From Lama glama (Eukaryota): a DNA stretch of 64,000 bases. Made by a program: the position numbers and the translations under genes. The stretch spans positions 3,286,001 through 3,350,000 of the forward strand of contig CM052843.1 of assembly GCA_028534125.1 (NCBI GenBank). The letters are read 5' to 3'. Below the pieces are notes generated by a model that was given only the letters and a program-made list of their open reading frames with translations, had not been told where the DNA came from and did no database searches. Positions 25,773 through 38,177 of this stretch are shown here, one piece after another. Position 1 is the first letter of the stretch. Each line of letters starts with the position of its first letter.

Positions 25773-27186
25773 TGACTCAGCAGCCTGGGCTGTTTTCAAA
25801 CAGAACTTTAGAACAAAAGCCCAGTTTGACACACCTGGAGAGTGCTTCGAACCTCTTCAGGAACCAGGCAATTTAATATTCAAGAATGAAGAAGTCTGTC
25901 TAGTTAGGGGCACGTGCTTGAACTAAACGATGGCTATGAAAGTAGGAGAAACTCAGGGGGCAGGTAAGTATTCCTGCTCAAGGGAAAATGCCTCAGGCCT
26001 TAAAATGCTCTGAAAGAGAGAATTTAACATTAAATTTCAATCCTTATATTCAAATATTTTTTCTGTACATCTCATCTCTACTTCAACATGTACATATGAT
26101 TTAGAAAACAAGATAGAATTGCTGGGATTTATGTTCAAAGCATTTTTATTAAATTCAATTTGCTGTACAGCTATTATCATTAATATAACTCTGAAAATTG
26201 GTTGAGTTGGCAATTCAGTTTTTTGACATGCTGGTTTAATTACCAGCTAATTGCTAGCTGAATTGTACTTCGCAGATGGTTGGAAAGAATGTTGATATAA
26301 AAACAGTCATGTTATCCGTCAGAGCCAGCCAGTATCCTGAAATCACTGTTTCTGCATAGCAGTATAAACTGAAATTTTTAAAAATTCTACATTATAACAC
26401 CTGTGTAGAAATATGAATTTAACTCAATGATTCCAGAAAATGCCGTTTAGAAAGATGCACTTATTATGGCTCGTATTACTAAAAACATAAATGAGCATCA
26501 GGAAAGTTATATGGAAGGAATGCTTTTAGACTAAAATATCCGTTACAGAGGTACATTCCTGGCGAAAATGGCCTCAAAGTTGCTCGCAAGAAGTACCCTC
26601 GATAGTTGAGTTGACCACAGATTCAATATAAATCACTTGAGAATTACTGAGATATTGTGTTTCTTTAAATCTCACTGTAATTTTAGGGGCTAGGTATTAT
26701 TTTACCTATTTTATACATTTTATAAGGTCCTTTCCAAATTTCACACAGCTAGTAAGTTTGAAGACTAGGTCTTTAGTAGGAGGGGAACCTAGTTCTGTCT
26801 GATTCCCAAGTCTGGGGCCTTGGATGCTTTAGTAGTGTAGATCTATTTGCCATAAGGAAGACGAATTAGGGAGGAAAAACTAGAAGCAGAGAGAACAGCT
26901 AAAAGGTCTTAAAAAAAATACGGTGAGTGCAACGGAGCAAATGAGATGGCTTGGGTATCGGCAGTAGCACTGGAAAAATAGAGAGAAGGGATGGAGTCAA
27001 AAGATTGCCAAGGTCAGATGTTGAAACACTGGCTGGAATAGGAATAGAAGATGACATTGAGGTTGGCAACATGATTGACAGGATTTACATAACAGTGACG
27101 TGACAGAGGCCGGGCATGGAGAGAAGAGTATATTTAGATGAGAAAGTGAGGAGAAAGGGTTCCATTTTGAAAGACTGTGGTGGAGT

Positions 27187-27815
27187 TGTTACCAAGACAG
27201 TCTTAATAATCCCCTTGGCTTGACTGAACTTCAGACAGATTTCTTTCTTTTTCTTTCCTTTTTTTTTTTTTAAATTGAAGTACAGTCAGTTACAATATGT
27301 CAATTCCTGGTGTACAGCACAATGTCCCAGGCTTGCAGATACACACATGCATTCGTTTCATAAGACTTCTTTCTGATTGTGGGCTCTGATTTCCTTTTTA
27401 AAGAGCATTGATTTTAGAAAATTAGCAGTTGTGAATTCTTTCTATGCCCCTTTGAGTTGTACATTTTTTTTTTTATAACCCAGGCATGTCTTCTCAAGAC
27501 CTAGAGGCCTTCTCTTTGAAATGTAATCATCAGGAAAAGACAGGACTCTTGTCTCCCAGTCTCTGGGGGAAAGTAGGAGCTTAACTTTCATAGAATCAAT
27601 CAGCAAACACAGATGGCCTCATCATATTGATCAGCCTCCCTACTGATGTCCTCCAATACTTTTCCATTTGCTCACTCCAGCGTTTAAAATCCCTCCTACC
27701 TTTTGTGTTAGTAGAGTTGAGTTCAGTTTCCATCCCCTATGGCAATAGCCTTAATCCCTATCACAATTGTCTTGAATAAAGTTTTCCTCGACATTTTTAA
27801 CAAGTGTCCATGACA
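27187..27815 (+). mobile_element. MER31/MER34-like ERV1 solo LTR inserted in an L2 and carrying a nested L1 tail
   Basis: TG...CA termini, ttgaataaagt, homology to 5580-6085. Confidence 0.8.
27249..27362 (-). mobile_element. Young L1 3' tail with TSD
   Basis: Poly(T) then aattgaagtacagtcagttacaat...; TSD aga(t/c)ttctttct at 27237-27248 and 27363-27374. Confidence 0.88.
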
Positions 27816-29219
27816 CGTATCTGAGGCAGACACAGGAAGGAGATGGAGGGTTAAAGGTGGATAAGGTCACACAATGGGGAGCTTGTCCCAAGTTCAAGTT
27901 TCATAGGATCACTTTTTTCCTTTTTTGTTTGAAGTGAATTCCTAAGCTATCAGGAGTCACTGTAACAAGGTATGGGGACATCATTTTGGCTTCTCTGTAC
28001 CTTGAATTGTTTGTGTGGCACCCTGTCTCTTCTTGTGAGATTGTAAACTCCCTGAGAACCAGGTCACGTTTTCTCTTCCCTTTCTAACCAACACTGTGTA
28101 CTATGTATCGGGCACAACTGATTTTCAGCCATTTATACCCTATTTTCTTGCCACTCTTTTATGCTGGAAACTTGCATCATCAATGACTAAGAGTAAATTG
28201 GGAATGAGAGATGCATTAGTGAAAAGTAAATGTTAACTACCGAATAATTAGCTTGCCACAAATAAACATTAGGTGAATGTCCTCTTAGATTTAATAAGGA
28301 GGTACTGAGCATTTTAAAAGAATTTTAATATATATCTCTCCACTTTCCATAATGCAGTGTTGACAACATACAGCCCTGACTTCTTTTGATAAAGAAAATA
28401 CAGAAAATGATCGTCTTATCTCCATAGATATGAATACGGTTCAGGAGAAAATTACTAAGAGAATGAAATTACTGATTAAATAATTCCACTTTCTTCCTGA
28501 CTCGGTAAAGTAAGAAAGGCACAAATACCAAAGGCCTAGGCCCATCATTTAAAAAATAACTGTCTCATGACTGGGAAAAGTTTGAACACGTATAAAAATA
28601 AGGTGACAGTCTTCCAAGAAAAGAGAACGCAAGCTCTGAATTTTAGTGTTCCGTTTATAGATGATCATCTAAGAAGCTATGTGAAAGGTATTATTCATTG
28701 AGGGAAACTGGAAGTTATAATATGATGGAATAAGGATCACACTTTTCTCTTTGAGGCGATTTATATTTAAATGAGTTCTCCATAATCCTTTAAACTGAAG
28801 TGCAAATTGGTTATCAAAGTCCTTTGCTGTAAGGGTTGTTCTACATAATAACGAATTTCACAGAAGTTCCTCAAAGGGAAATATTGATTTAGGCAACATC
28901 ACAGGATATTTCAGTCCTAGCAACACTTAAGATTAGTGCCAACAGACAGCATATAAAACACTTTCTAAAAGTCTACATTTTTCTCTTAGGAAGTGTAGGC
29001 AGCATATCTTTCCTCAATAGAAACCATAACAGAAATTTTTAAGAAAAATTATCCTCTTTTATCTATTATCTGTCATTTCTCATCCACATTAACTTAACAA
29101 AAGTTAGTGAGAATCCACTGTGTGCTAGATATATGGCTTATGTTTTTTTTTTAAACTGGTTACATGAAAGTAGTAGGAAATATTCATTTGCCCGTATATG
29201 TGATGTTATGTATGATGGT

Positions 29220-29420
29220 AATACCACCAGCAGCAAATAGGTTCTGTTCCTCAGCCTTTACCAGGTACTACACTATATAACTTACATGTGCCACTTCACT
29301 CATTTCTCACCATGTGAGGAAGCCATTGCTACCCTTGTTTTATACATGAGAAAACTGAGGCTAAGTAGTGTGTGAGGATTTGAACCACAGTTCATTTCTC
29401 TCACCCATTAAGCTGTAACA
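29220..29420 (-). mobile_element. MIR
   Basis: ttttatacatgagaaaactgaggct...ggatttgaacc. Confidence 0.75.
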
Positions 29421-30640
29421 CACCCTCACCGCTGGCTTCTTTTCAGTCTTGAGCCCTACATATCTCATCACCAGGAGGAACGCTCTAGTCTTCTCCCCAG
29501 TGATTCAGTCAACAAACGGCCAGGTTCCTCTTTGTTGTGTGTGACTCAGGGGCCCTGATCCCAACTGGTCCTCATCAGTTAGTTGTTACCCAGGTAGCCT
29601 CACTTCAGGGAAATCCTGGGGTCAGGCTCTGGGTGGAGACCTAAGTCGATCACAAACAAGCTGCGTGGCTAATGGAAAAATCGATTTACTTCCTTGAACC
29701 TTCGTTTTCTCATCTGCAATATGAGGAGCTGGATTTGATCAACGGTTTTCAAACTACATATTTTATTTTAGAAAAAGCGAAGTCCTTTTGGCAAATGAAG
29801 TCTTACGCTGAATTCTAACATACCAAACAGATAGATACAGGCAGAGCTACACTATTTGGAACAAGTGCTGGATTTGGAGGAGGTGTGAGCTCACCTACCT
29901 ACTGAGTCTCCTTCCAGCCCTCATCTCATCTCCAAGGAGCCTCCGAGGCATCTAAGACCTTGCAGAATACAATTTGCAAATTACACACTAGCTCACGCCT
30001 AAGCTTATGGCAGTCCTCATAGTCTATGATTTTATACCTGTTGCCATAAAAAAGGGTAAAAAGAATTGTATTAGAGTGGAGCTAGGGTCAGAGCTGAAAT
30101 TCAAAGGAGAGAGAATATTAAGTCAAAGAACGTCATCAAATGACGTGGCCTTGGGTGGCCAGGTACACTGTTGATATTGAGATCCTGAAACTATGTTCTG
30201 AGGTTTTTGCAGAGTTGCAGCAATGCGAGAGTTGGGCTTTATAATCATAGTTTTTGAAATCTGTTAAATTCTGCTGCAGTTAATTTAATGAAATATAAGT
30301 ATAATTTTAGCCTGATGGCAATATTCCATTAATTGATTTTATTTTCTTAAAGGTTACTTGATATTGAGATAAAAACTTTTAATTATGATCCAACTGTTGC
30401 TTATTATTGGCATCAAAATACTTCTTTTTTTCCACTCTTTTTAAAAATGTGAATTTTAGGCAAATTGGCCTACCTTCTCTAAAAAGTTAAGAAACCAGAT
30501 TCCATCATTGCAACGTAGGCTTAAAGACTGTATTCACGTATCTGTATTAAACTCTGTTAAACTCAGCCAGTGTCCCCCTGGACGTGTGCTATCTCTGTGA
30601 TTGGCAGTGTTTCAGTGGTTTAATTCCAACATGTCTGCGG

Positions 30641-30796
30641 NNNNNNNNNNNNNNNNNNNNNNNNNNNNNNNNNNNNNNNNNNNNNNNNNNNNNNNNNNNN
30701 NNNNNNNNNNNNNNNNNNNNNNNNNNNNNNNNNNNNNNNNNNNNNNNNNNNNNNNNNNNNNNNNNNNNNNNNNNNNNNNNNNNNNNNNNNNNNNNN
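30641..30796. other. Assembly gap (156 N), probably hiding the RALYL coiled-coil exon
   Basis: N run. On the minus strand the sequence entering the gap is ...gcatttgacattctgttacattc|N, resembling an acceptor region. The hidden exon is inferred, not seen. Confidence 0.6.
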
Positions 30797-32619
30797 GAAT
30801 GTAACAGAATGTCAAATGCACCACAACTCACTCAGAACACAACCCAGAGACACCCCAAGTTTTCTCAAGACTGGGTCACATCACACAGCATATTTTTCAA
30901 TCTTATCCGTTTCTCATTGTGTCCAGTGATCCTGGAATATGGGATGCCTTTGCTAGTTACAGTGATTCTCAGTGATGTGAGCATCTGATACAAAATCTCT
31001 TTGCTGAAGGTTATGCAATGAGATAAAGGAATCCAGAATCATTTTATACAATAACTAAATGATACTGAATTCACTTTGCTCAAATAGTAGACTAAATCTG
31101 TACTGTAAGATGCATTCAGACTGAGGAATGATTAAATCATGACAGGTAGGTTAACACTGCTTTAAGGACTATGTTGTAATATATATTTTAGCAGTCAGTG
31201 ATTATTTTTAATCCAGTTCCTTGGCGGCTGATTGAAACCAGGACAAAGCATTTATCCTCTAAAGAAATGTCTTAAAAGCTGGAGAACTCTTTCCAATTTA
31301 CTGAACTCTTACTGTTCCACAGATTCTTTATAAGAGATTGGGGCAACGGGTGCTGGGGCTGGAAGGAAAAGAAATTCGCTAACGTTCCCATTGATATTTT
31401 CTACGGCAGTGGTGCCTATTCCAGGTTTTGGGTGTTTAGTATCATTTCAAAGAAAAAAACATGGCCCTAACACAAGACTGACTACTTTTAATTTTGCCAG
31501 GTAAGGATGTTGAAACAGCAAGCATTCTACTATCACTGGTAACAATTACTGTATACAGAAAGGGGCTTAACAAGAGGTCAGTTTCCTACTACAAGGACAA
31601 TTCTTTTAATGGAGAATGTTTATGTTTATGAGGCATTCACAGCACTGTTTTTATTTTCTCATTTCTCTGAGAACCACAGGAAACTTTGTCGTGAACCCTC
31701 AACAGAGATCAAAGACTTTTTAAAGCTGTAACTCTAGAAGAGCTGAACCTGCCTTTGTTCTTTCAAGAAGTGAGTTTTGGGGTGTCCATGGCTCAGTAGA
31801 GAGCTATGGGTCACTATTTGGGGTTCAGATCTTGATTTCAGTCTATTATGATTCTCTGCCACTTTTCCCTTCAAGTTTATAATGATTTTGGCTTGGATCT
31901 TCAATCCTGAAGAAATTGAGTGTCTAGTCTGATACTTTAGTCTTCAGGAATTGTTTGTAAGTAATAAAAACTAAATGCAATATATGTTCACTTGAAATAG
32001 AGCTTTCTGTCAACTCAGATGTAGGAAATAATATATATGATAAATTATGCATCAATGTGCATTAATTGCTCAAAGGAAGAAGAGATTTTTCCCAATATAT
32101 AAACATAAGAAAATGGCGTCTATTATAAAATCCAGAAATTTTTCATAATGAGATTTTTATTTATGATATAAAGGACTTTGCAAAATAAAAACTGCAAGAG
32201 TAAATAACCCTGTATAGAGTTCCTATTATGAAGAAGCAAACTGAAAAGAGAACACAGTTTAAACTAGAGAATTGCTCCTGTGTCAGTTATTTCAAAGACA
32301 TCAAAGTGCCATTGTTGAATCGCAGTGAAATTTGCAAAATATCTTCTGTCACAATTGCAAATTGATTCTGCTTTGAAGAATGATTTTCATTCCCTTTGAT
32401 GGAAGCATGTCATGTAGTTTTACTTAAACCTATCGAATTTAATAGAAAATATTTTATCTTAAAACATTAGATTTCAGTGCAGGAGAAATGAGACTGTGGC
32501 TGGAAACTAATAAAATATATTTTTTAGTTAAGTGGAGTCCCTCCTCAGCCCAGGAAAGAGGTTCACTAATTATCTCCTTAAAAAAAAAACCCATAAACAA
32601 ATAAATCACTAATACCCTA

Positions 32620-32754
32620 TTTTTTTTTTCTTTTTTTTACTGAAGTATATATAGTCAGTTACAATGTGTCAGTTTCTGGTGTACAACATAATGTCCCAGT
32701 CATGCATAGATATATCCATATATTTGTTTTCATATTCTTTTCCATTAAAGGTTA
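32620..32754 (-). mobile_element. Young L1 3' tail
   Basis: Poly(T) then agtcagttacaatgtgtcagtttctggtgtacaacataatgtcccagtcatgc; imperfect TSD ataccc(t)atttt. Confidence 0.88.
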
Positions 32755-33719
32755 TACCCATTTTATAGAAACTATCTTACAAACCAGCTAGAAAGCTGGG
32801 CTCACCAACTTCTAAGTGTCCAGGGAGCCAAAGCTTCCTCTGAGTGGAGACTCCTGGCTGACACCGCAGCAAAGCCTTTTAAGACTAGAGTGGGATCATT
32901 ACAAAATCTGGGTCTACTTAGTTAATGGGATTCAAGCTTAGCTACAACAGGAATGGAATCCAGGCATCCTGTCTGCCCTTTCCTGGTCCCTGCCAGGGAA
33001 TGCCGAATCAACCTCCAGCCCTGTGCAAACTGCCCAGCTCCAGGCTTGGAAGGGCCAGCAGCCGATACTCATCACGGTCCTGCAAAGCAAGACTTAGAAA
33101 CAGTCTTCCTTTGCGAACTTTGTTTCCCTAGCGCACTTCAGCGCTGTCCTTGGGAGAAGGCTGCCCGCTCACCTGGCCCAGGTGGCTGTGGTCCTCTTGC
33201 TGCCTCCTTCACTAGGATTCGTTATCTATAGATGAGGTACGGTTTTGTGCTTTCATGTCTGGTTTCCAGATGGTATCACTGGGATGAGCCGCTGTATGTC
33301 TGATACGGCTCTCTCTCTAATCTTCTCTGCCTTTTTCTACTTTGGGCGGTTTCCTGTTAACAATTTCTCTACTGTACTGCAGATGTTTTTACTTCCTCTA
33401 TCAAAATAGATGTGTATTTTACAAACCTAGAATTTTAAAAATCTTTGCAACTATGATCTTTTTCCAAAAATTAAAGTCAGTTCAGAATTAAGGAGAGCCT
33501 TAGGTGTAAAGCATTCTTGTCCATTTTCTTTTCTTTTTACATCTTCTTCCTTTCATTTCCATTTCTATTGCACTCTTAATTGGGTGCTCCAATTCACCCA
33601 GCCTCTTACATAGTGCACTCAAAGTAAGATATATAAAAGTCATAAGCCCTTCCTACTGAATACTTCCATGATGACCCATTTCTATAGGAAAAAGACCAGA
33701 AACATACATGCACCAACTC

Positions 33720-34272
33720 TTTTTTTTTTTTAAGAATAGTAAAGGAGTTTATTAGGGTGTGCTGCCATAGACAACAGCTGACCACAACGAGAGGTGCCTG
33801 TGTGAGCACTGAGGGCCCGTTGGGGGTCTTTTATAAGGTTGGGTCACAAGGCACCTGATCGGCTTGTGCACAATGCTCTGATTGGTTGCAGGTGAGGTAA
33901 GAGGTTTAGGGTCCATGAAGGGAGGTGGGGTTTGACTCTGATAAGGTGGGCTGAAACAAGCCGGCCTGAGCTATTGTGAGTTTAGGCCCTACCTAGGGCT
34001 ATTGGTTTCTTAGGGGAAACGCGTCCAGTAAAGAACGTACTTTATCCGTTGAGGGACCACAGGCAGACATCTCAGAGCCCGGGAGTGGAGGTCCCTGGAC
34101 TTGGAAGGACATCAGTTGGCCCCACATTCCCCCCGACAGACTGGCAGTGACAAATCTTTCTGTATCTACTTCCTGCTGAACTGTGGGCGTCATGCTGTCC
34201 CCGTCTACAGTGCCCATCTGCCCGGGGCTGTGAGTCCCCGGCATCCCGGCAGCCGTAAAGGTGGGAGCAGAG
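33720..34272 (-). mobile_element. Processed (polyadenylated, U5-less, 5'-truncated) ERV1 retrocopy
   Basis: Minus strand order: CAGCAGGAAGTAG (34178-34166), GGGGGGAA (34134-34127), TGTGGGG LTR start (34126), CCAAT x2, TTATAAAA (33836-33829), AATAAA (33753-33748), A12 (33731-33720); candidate TSD at 33707 and 34273. Confidence 0.72.
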
Positions 34273-35159
34273 TGCGTGCCAACTCCTTAAACTGATGTTC
34301 AGGGTCTGCTCCAAAGTATATTTGCAGTCATATGTTCTATTTCCTCTCGAAGCAAGCTCTACTTGAACAGAACGGTTTAATGCTTAATCAAATAGTGTAT
34401 GGAACCAGGGAGACTCCAGTTCACATCCACGCCCACTGGAGAGTCACTGGTCGTCACTAAGAGTCAAGTTCCTCATCTTTAACTCACATCCTTTGTCTTA
34501 AGGGCTTCTCATAAACATTTAATGCGATAATGCACATAAAGGACTTAGTACCACGATCAGAGTATCATCAGGCACAACACATGGTAGAAGCAGAAGCTAT
34601 TATTACTATGACTACTACTACTATTATTTACATGCCTGTTCCAGCAAAGACTCTTTCTCTCCCCAAGTACGTCTACCTGCCTTTTGGAGTTTAGTTTAAG
34701 TCTTGCCTCCCCTATTAATTCTTCTTTGATTAACCCACTGGAGGGTGCATCTCTCATCTGTAACCTGTTTAACAGCATCTCACATTTACTGCTAGACACA
34801 CATTGTCTGTGTTCTGATAAGGTCCTTCTCCTCCTCCTGCCTGGGGAGGCTCCTGGTGCTCACCCACGAGCTCCTGGGCGTTGAAGTCTGTCCTCCTTAG
34901 TTAAACAATGATATTAACAGCTTTAAGAGGAGGTCCGAAATCAGACTGGTACCTAATGAAAATTTTTGTCTTCTCATCATATACTGGGATCCACAAAAAA
35001 TTATTCAGATTCCTGGTTAATTATTTAGATCTCTGATGATACAACATTTTAAAAAGAAAGACATTTTCGCTGGTTGTCTGAAGCAAGACATATTAATGGA
35101 TTTACCCCATCATAGGAGCTCTACCAGAAAACTCTTCTGAATCAATAGGGTGCATCCAA

Positions 35160-35250
35160 TTCCTTCTTTCCTCTTTTCCTCCTTCCCTCCCTCCTCTCTC
35201 TCTCTCCTCTCCCCTTTCTTCCTTCCTTCCTTCTTCCCTTCCTTCCTCAT
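35160..35250. repeat. (CCTT/CT)n low-complexity tract
   Basis: Polypyrimidine simple repeat. Confidence 0.9.
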
Positions 35251-36059
35251 CTTTTTGCATTCTGAATAGATAACTCAGTATATTAAGCACAATGAGAAAT
35301 TATCACATACCAGAAGATTTGTAGGAATGTGTATGTAGATATGGTTGCTGCATGCCAATTTCAAACAGACCAACAAATTTTATTAAAAGCTTTGTGTATG
35401 TGCCAGGCACTTACAGTTGAGTTGACTGACTAACGGGGAGATAGATAAGCAAGCAGGAAGTGCAAAAAGAAAATTAGCATGGAAATACGCCTTTTCTCCA
35501 TCAGAGGCACTATGATGAAAGAGTAAGAAAGTAACCCATGCCTGTGCAGCAATTTTTTTGCATTTTTCCCAATTCCACCATAATACTCCAAATCCACGAT
35601 TCTCATCTTTAAAGATATGCTGCAGAGAATATAACATCCTTATTTACTTTTTTTCTATAGCATATTGGGTAGAGTGAGGAGTTTCTTTTACTGAGAATAA
35701 TACTGAATACTTTTAATCAACTTGCTTTTATGCAACTGTCCCCTAATGCAGACGAGCTAGAGGCTTGGGAAAATTCAATCTAATTACTGAAGATTAAGAA
35801 TTCTGCAGTGCAAAAATCGTGAATTTGAGAAAATTGCTTTATTTCTCGGTCAGCTCAAAATTTCCTTCTCTTGTCTCATCTTCTGCTTGACTTTCTAATT
35901 ATCTTACTCTCTATGTAGTTACATTATTTCAGCATCCCTGAGATGAGCCTTGTGAGTTCAGACATCCATCCCCTTGTTTCTGTCGTTTTCAACGGTCGGT
36001 CCTACACTCTCATCTTCTCCACCTGGTAAATGCCATTTGATACTTAGATATTCAGCTTA

Positions 36060-36945
36060 GGGAGGGAGATCTGTCATTTTACGTAGGGTGATCAGGGAAA
36101 ACTTCACTGATAAGGTGACATTTGAGGAAAAGTCTCAGGAAGGTGAGAAAGCAAGTCATGGGAACGTCTAGAGATGGTGGGATGAGGGGAAACAGAATGA
36201 TAAAAGCAAAGGCCTGAGACAGGAGTGTACTCTGGGGTGTTTAAGGGGCAGCAAAGAGGCCAATGTGGCTGGAATGGACAGAGCAAGTGGAATGTGAGTA
36301 CAAGAAGTCAGGAGGTAAGGCGGAGACTTGAGAAGAGAAAAAGGGCATGGAGAGGCGTGTACAGAGTTCTGCTGGCCAAAGTAAACACTGTAGCTTTTCC
36401 TCCCAGTGACGCAGGGCTCACTGCTTTACTTCAGGAGCGTCGTTCTGACTTCGAGTTGTGAAACGACTGTAGAGGATAAGGGTGGAATCAGCGAGATCGC
36501 TAAGAAGCCTGTGGAAATAATTCAAGGGAGAGGCAGCAGGAGGTCGGATTGGACCAAGGTATCAGCAGTTGGGCTGTGAGAAGTAGATGTATTCTGCTCG
36601 GATTTTAAAGATTGAGGGGAAATAATCTACAGATCATCAAAGTAAAATGTAGGTGACAGAGAGGAGTCAAACAGAACTCCAAAATTTTTGGCCTGCGTAA
36701 CCAGAAGGATGGACTCGCCATTTGCTAGGATGAGGAAGATTTCCAGAGGTTGGAGGTGAGGGGGAGGATCAGAGGGTCCATTTCAAATTTGTTAGTTGTG
36801 AGATGCCTATCTGTGTCCAAATACAAGTGACAAGTAGGCCTGGAGTTTATAGGACAGATCAAAGGTACAAAAATAAATTTGGGAGTAACCGGTTAGAGGT
36901 GGCATTTCAAGTTAATACAGAGGATGTCTGCCCTGGTCGTTGAGT
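36060..36945 (-). mobile_element. L2 (long fragment)
   Basis: tcactgataaggtgacatttgag...caaaggcctgagacaggag...gaggccaatgtggctggaa...gaggagtcaa...tgagatgcctat. Confidence 0.9.
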
Positions 36946-37599
36946 ATACACACTCAATAGAAGACATCAGTAATATTATCTTCAAAGGAAAGTGTCTTTT
37001 ACTCATTCCTCTAGATAAATTCTATAGCAACAACAATAAAAATTACAGACAAAAGAAAACATACTGCCATAAAAATCTTCAGTTGTCCAGTTGAGTATAA
37101 TAGTTTGTTTTTGTATGGGTGATTATAGAACTTGAATTTAGAATTATTCTTCAAGATCAGTAAAGTGATAAGTGAAAAAAAAAACTAACAAAGCCCCTAG
37201 GATAGGTTACTTGTTTTATGGATACTAGAGAAGCTAGGAGTCAGGTTAGAGCAGACAGGTATCTTAAATATTTTCCCTAAACTATCACTGTACTTTTTAG
37301 TTAGAAAGAAGAAAAAAAGCCACATTAAATCATTTCAGACCTGCTCTGTCTAAATAGATCATTGATTTGGTGATAAATGTTATTACATTTTGATACAGTG
37401 AACAAAATGATGTTTGTGCCTTTTGGTGTGACATGAGATATAATCCAAAAAGGAAATTACACAGAATGACACTATCCTACTGTATCAAAAAATGTGTGCA
37501 TCTCTGGTTTCTGTGGTAAAAAAAAAATCCCAATTTATTTTAATCATCTGTGGGGTGAGTCTATGCAGGGACAAATAAACTTCAGCTACCTGTCTAGAC

Positions 37600-37810
37600 T
37601 AGTGGTTCTTAACAGAAGGTAATATTGCCCTGCAGGGGACATTTTACAATGTTTGGAGATGTTTTTGATTGCTACGACTTGGAGAGGGTGGTGTTACTGG
37701 CATCCCGTGGGCATCTGGTCTGCCAAATAGCCTACAATGTATGGGTTAGCCCCCAACACCACATCGTAGAATTATCTGATCAAAAAAGTACCAAGACTTA
37801 GAAACCCGGA
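37600..37810. mobile_element. MER20 hAT-Charlie
   Basis: agtggttcttaac...caggggacattttacaatgtttggagatgtttttgattg...tactggcatc...cctacaatg. Confidence 0.88.
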
Positions 37811-37920
37811 TCTGAACAGTTACATACTCTCCCTCACCTACACCATGCTTTTTATGAACTATAAGAAAATTGTAAAATGTCTGTAATCACATGGACTTTA
37901 ATAATAATTCACATTAATTT

Positions 37921-38177
37921 TTTACATAAGTATAGTCAGTGTACAATGTTGTGTCAATCCCTGGTGTTTAGCATCATATTTCAGTCATCCATATATATAC
38001 ATATACTCCTTTTCATATTCTTTTCACTACAGGTTACTACAAGATCGAATGTAGTTCCCTGTGCTATACAGAAGAAACTTACCTATTCTATATATACCAG
38101 TTAATATTTGCAAGTCTTGGACTCCCAGTTTATCCCTTCCCACCCCTTTTACCCTCAGCTACCATGAGATTGTTTAT
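37921..38177 (-). mobile_element. Young L1 3' end with 16-bp TSD
   Basis: TSD taattc(a/t)cattaattt at 37905-37920 and 38178-38193. Confidence 0.9.
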
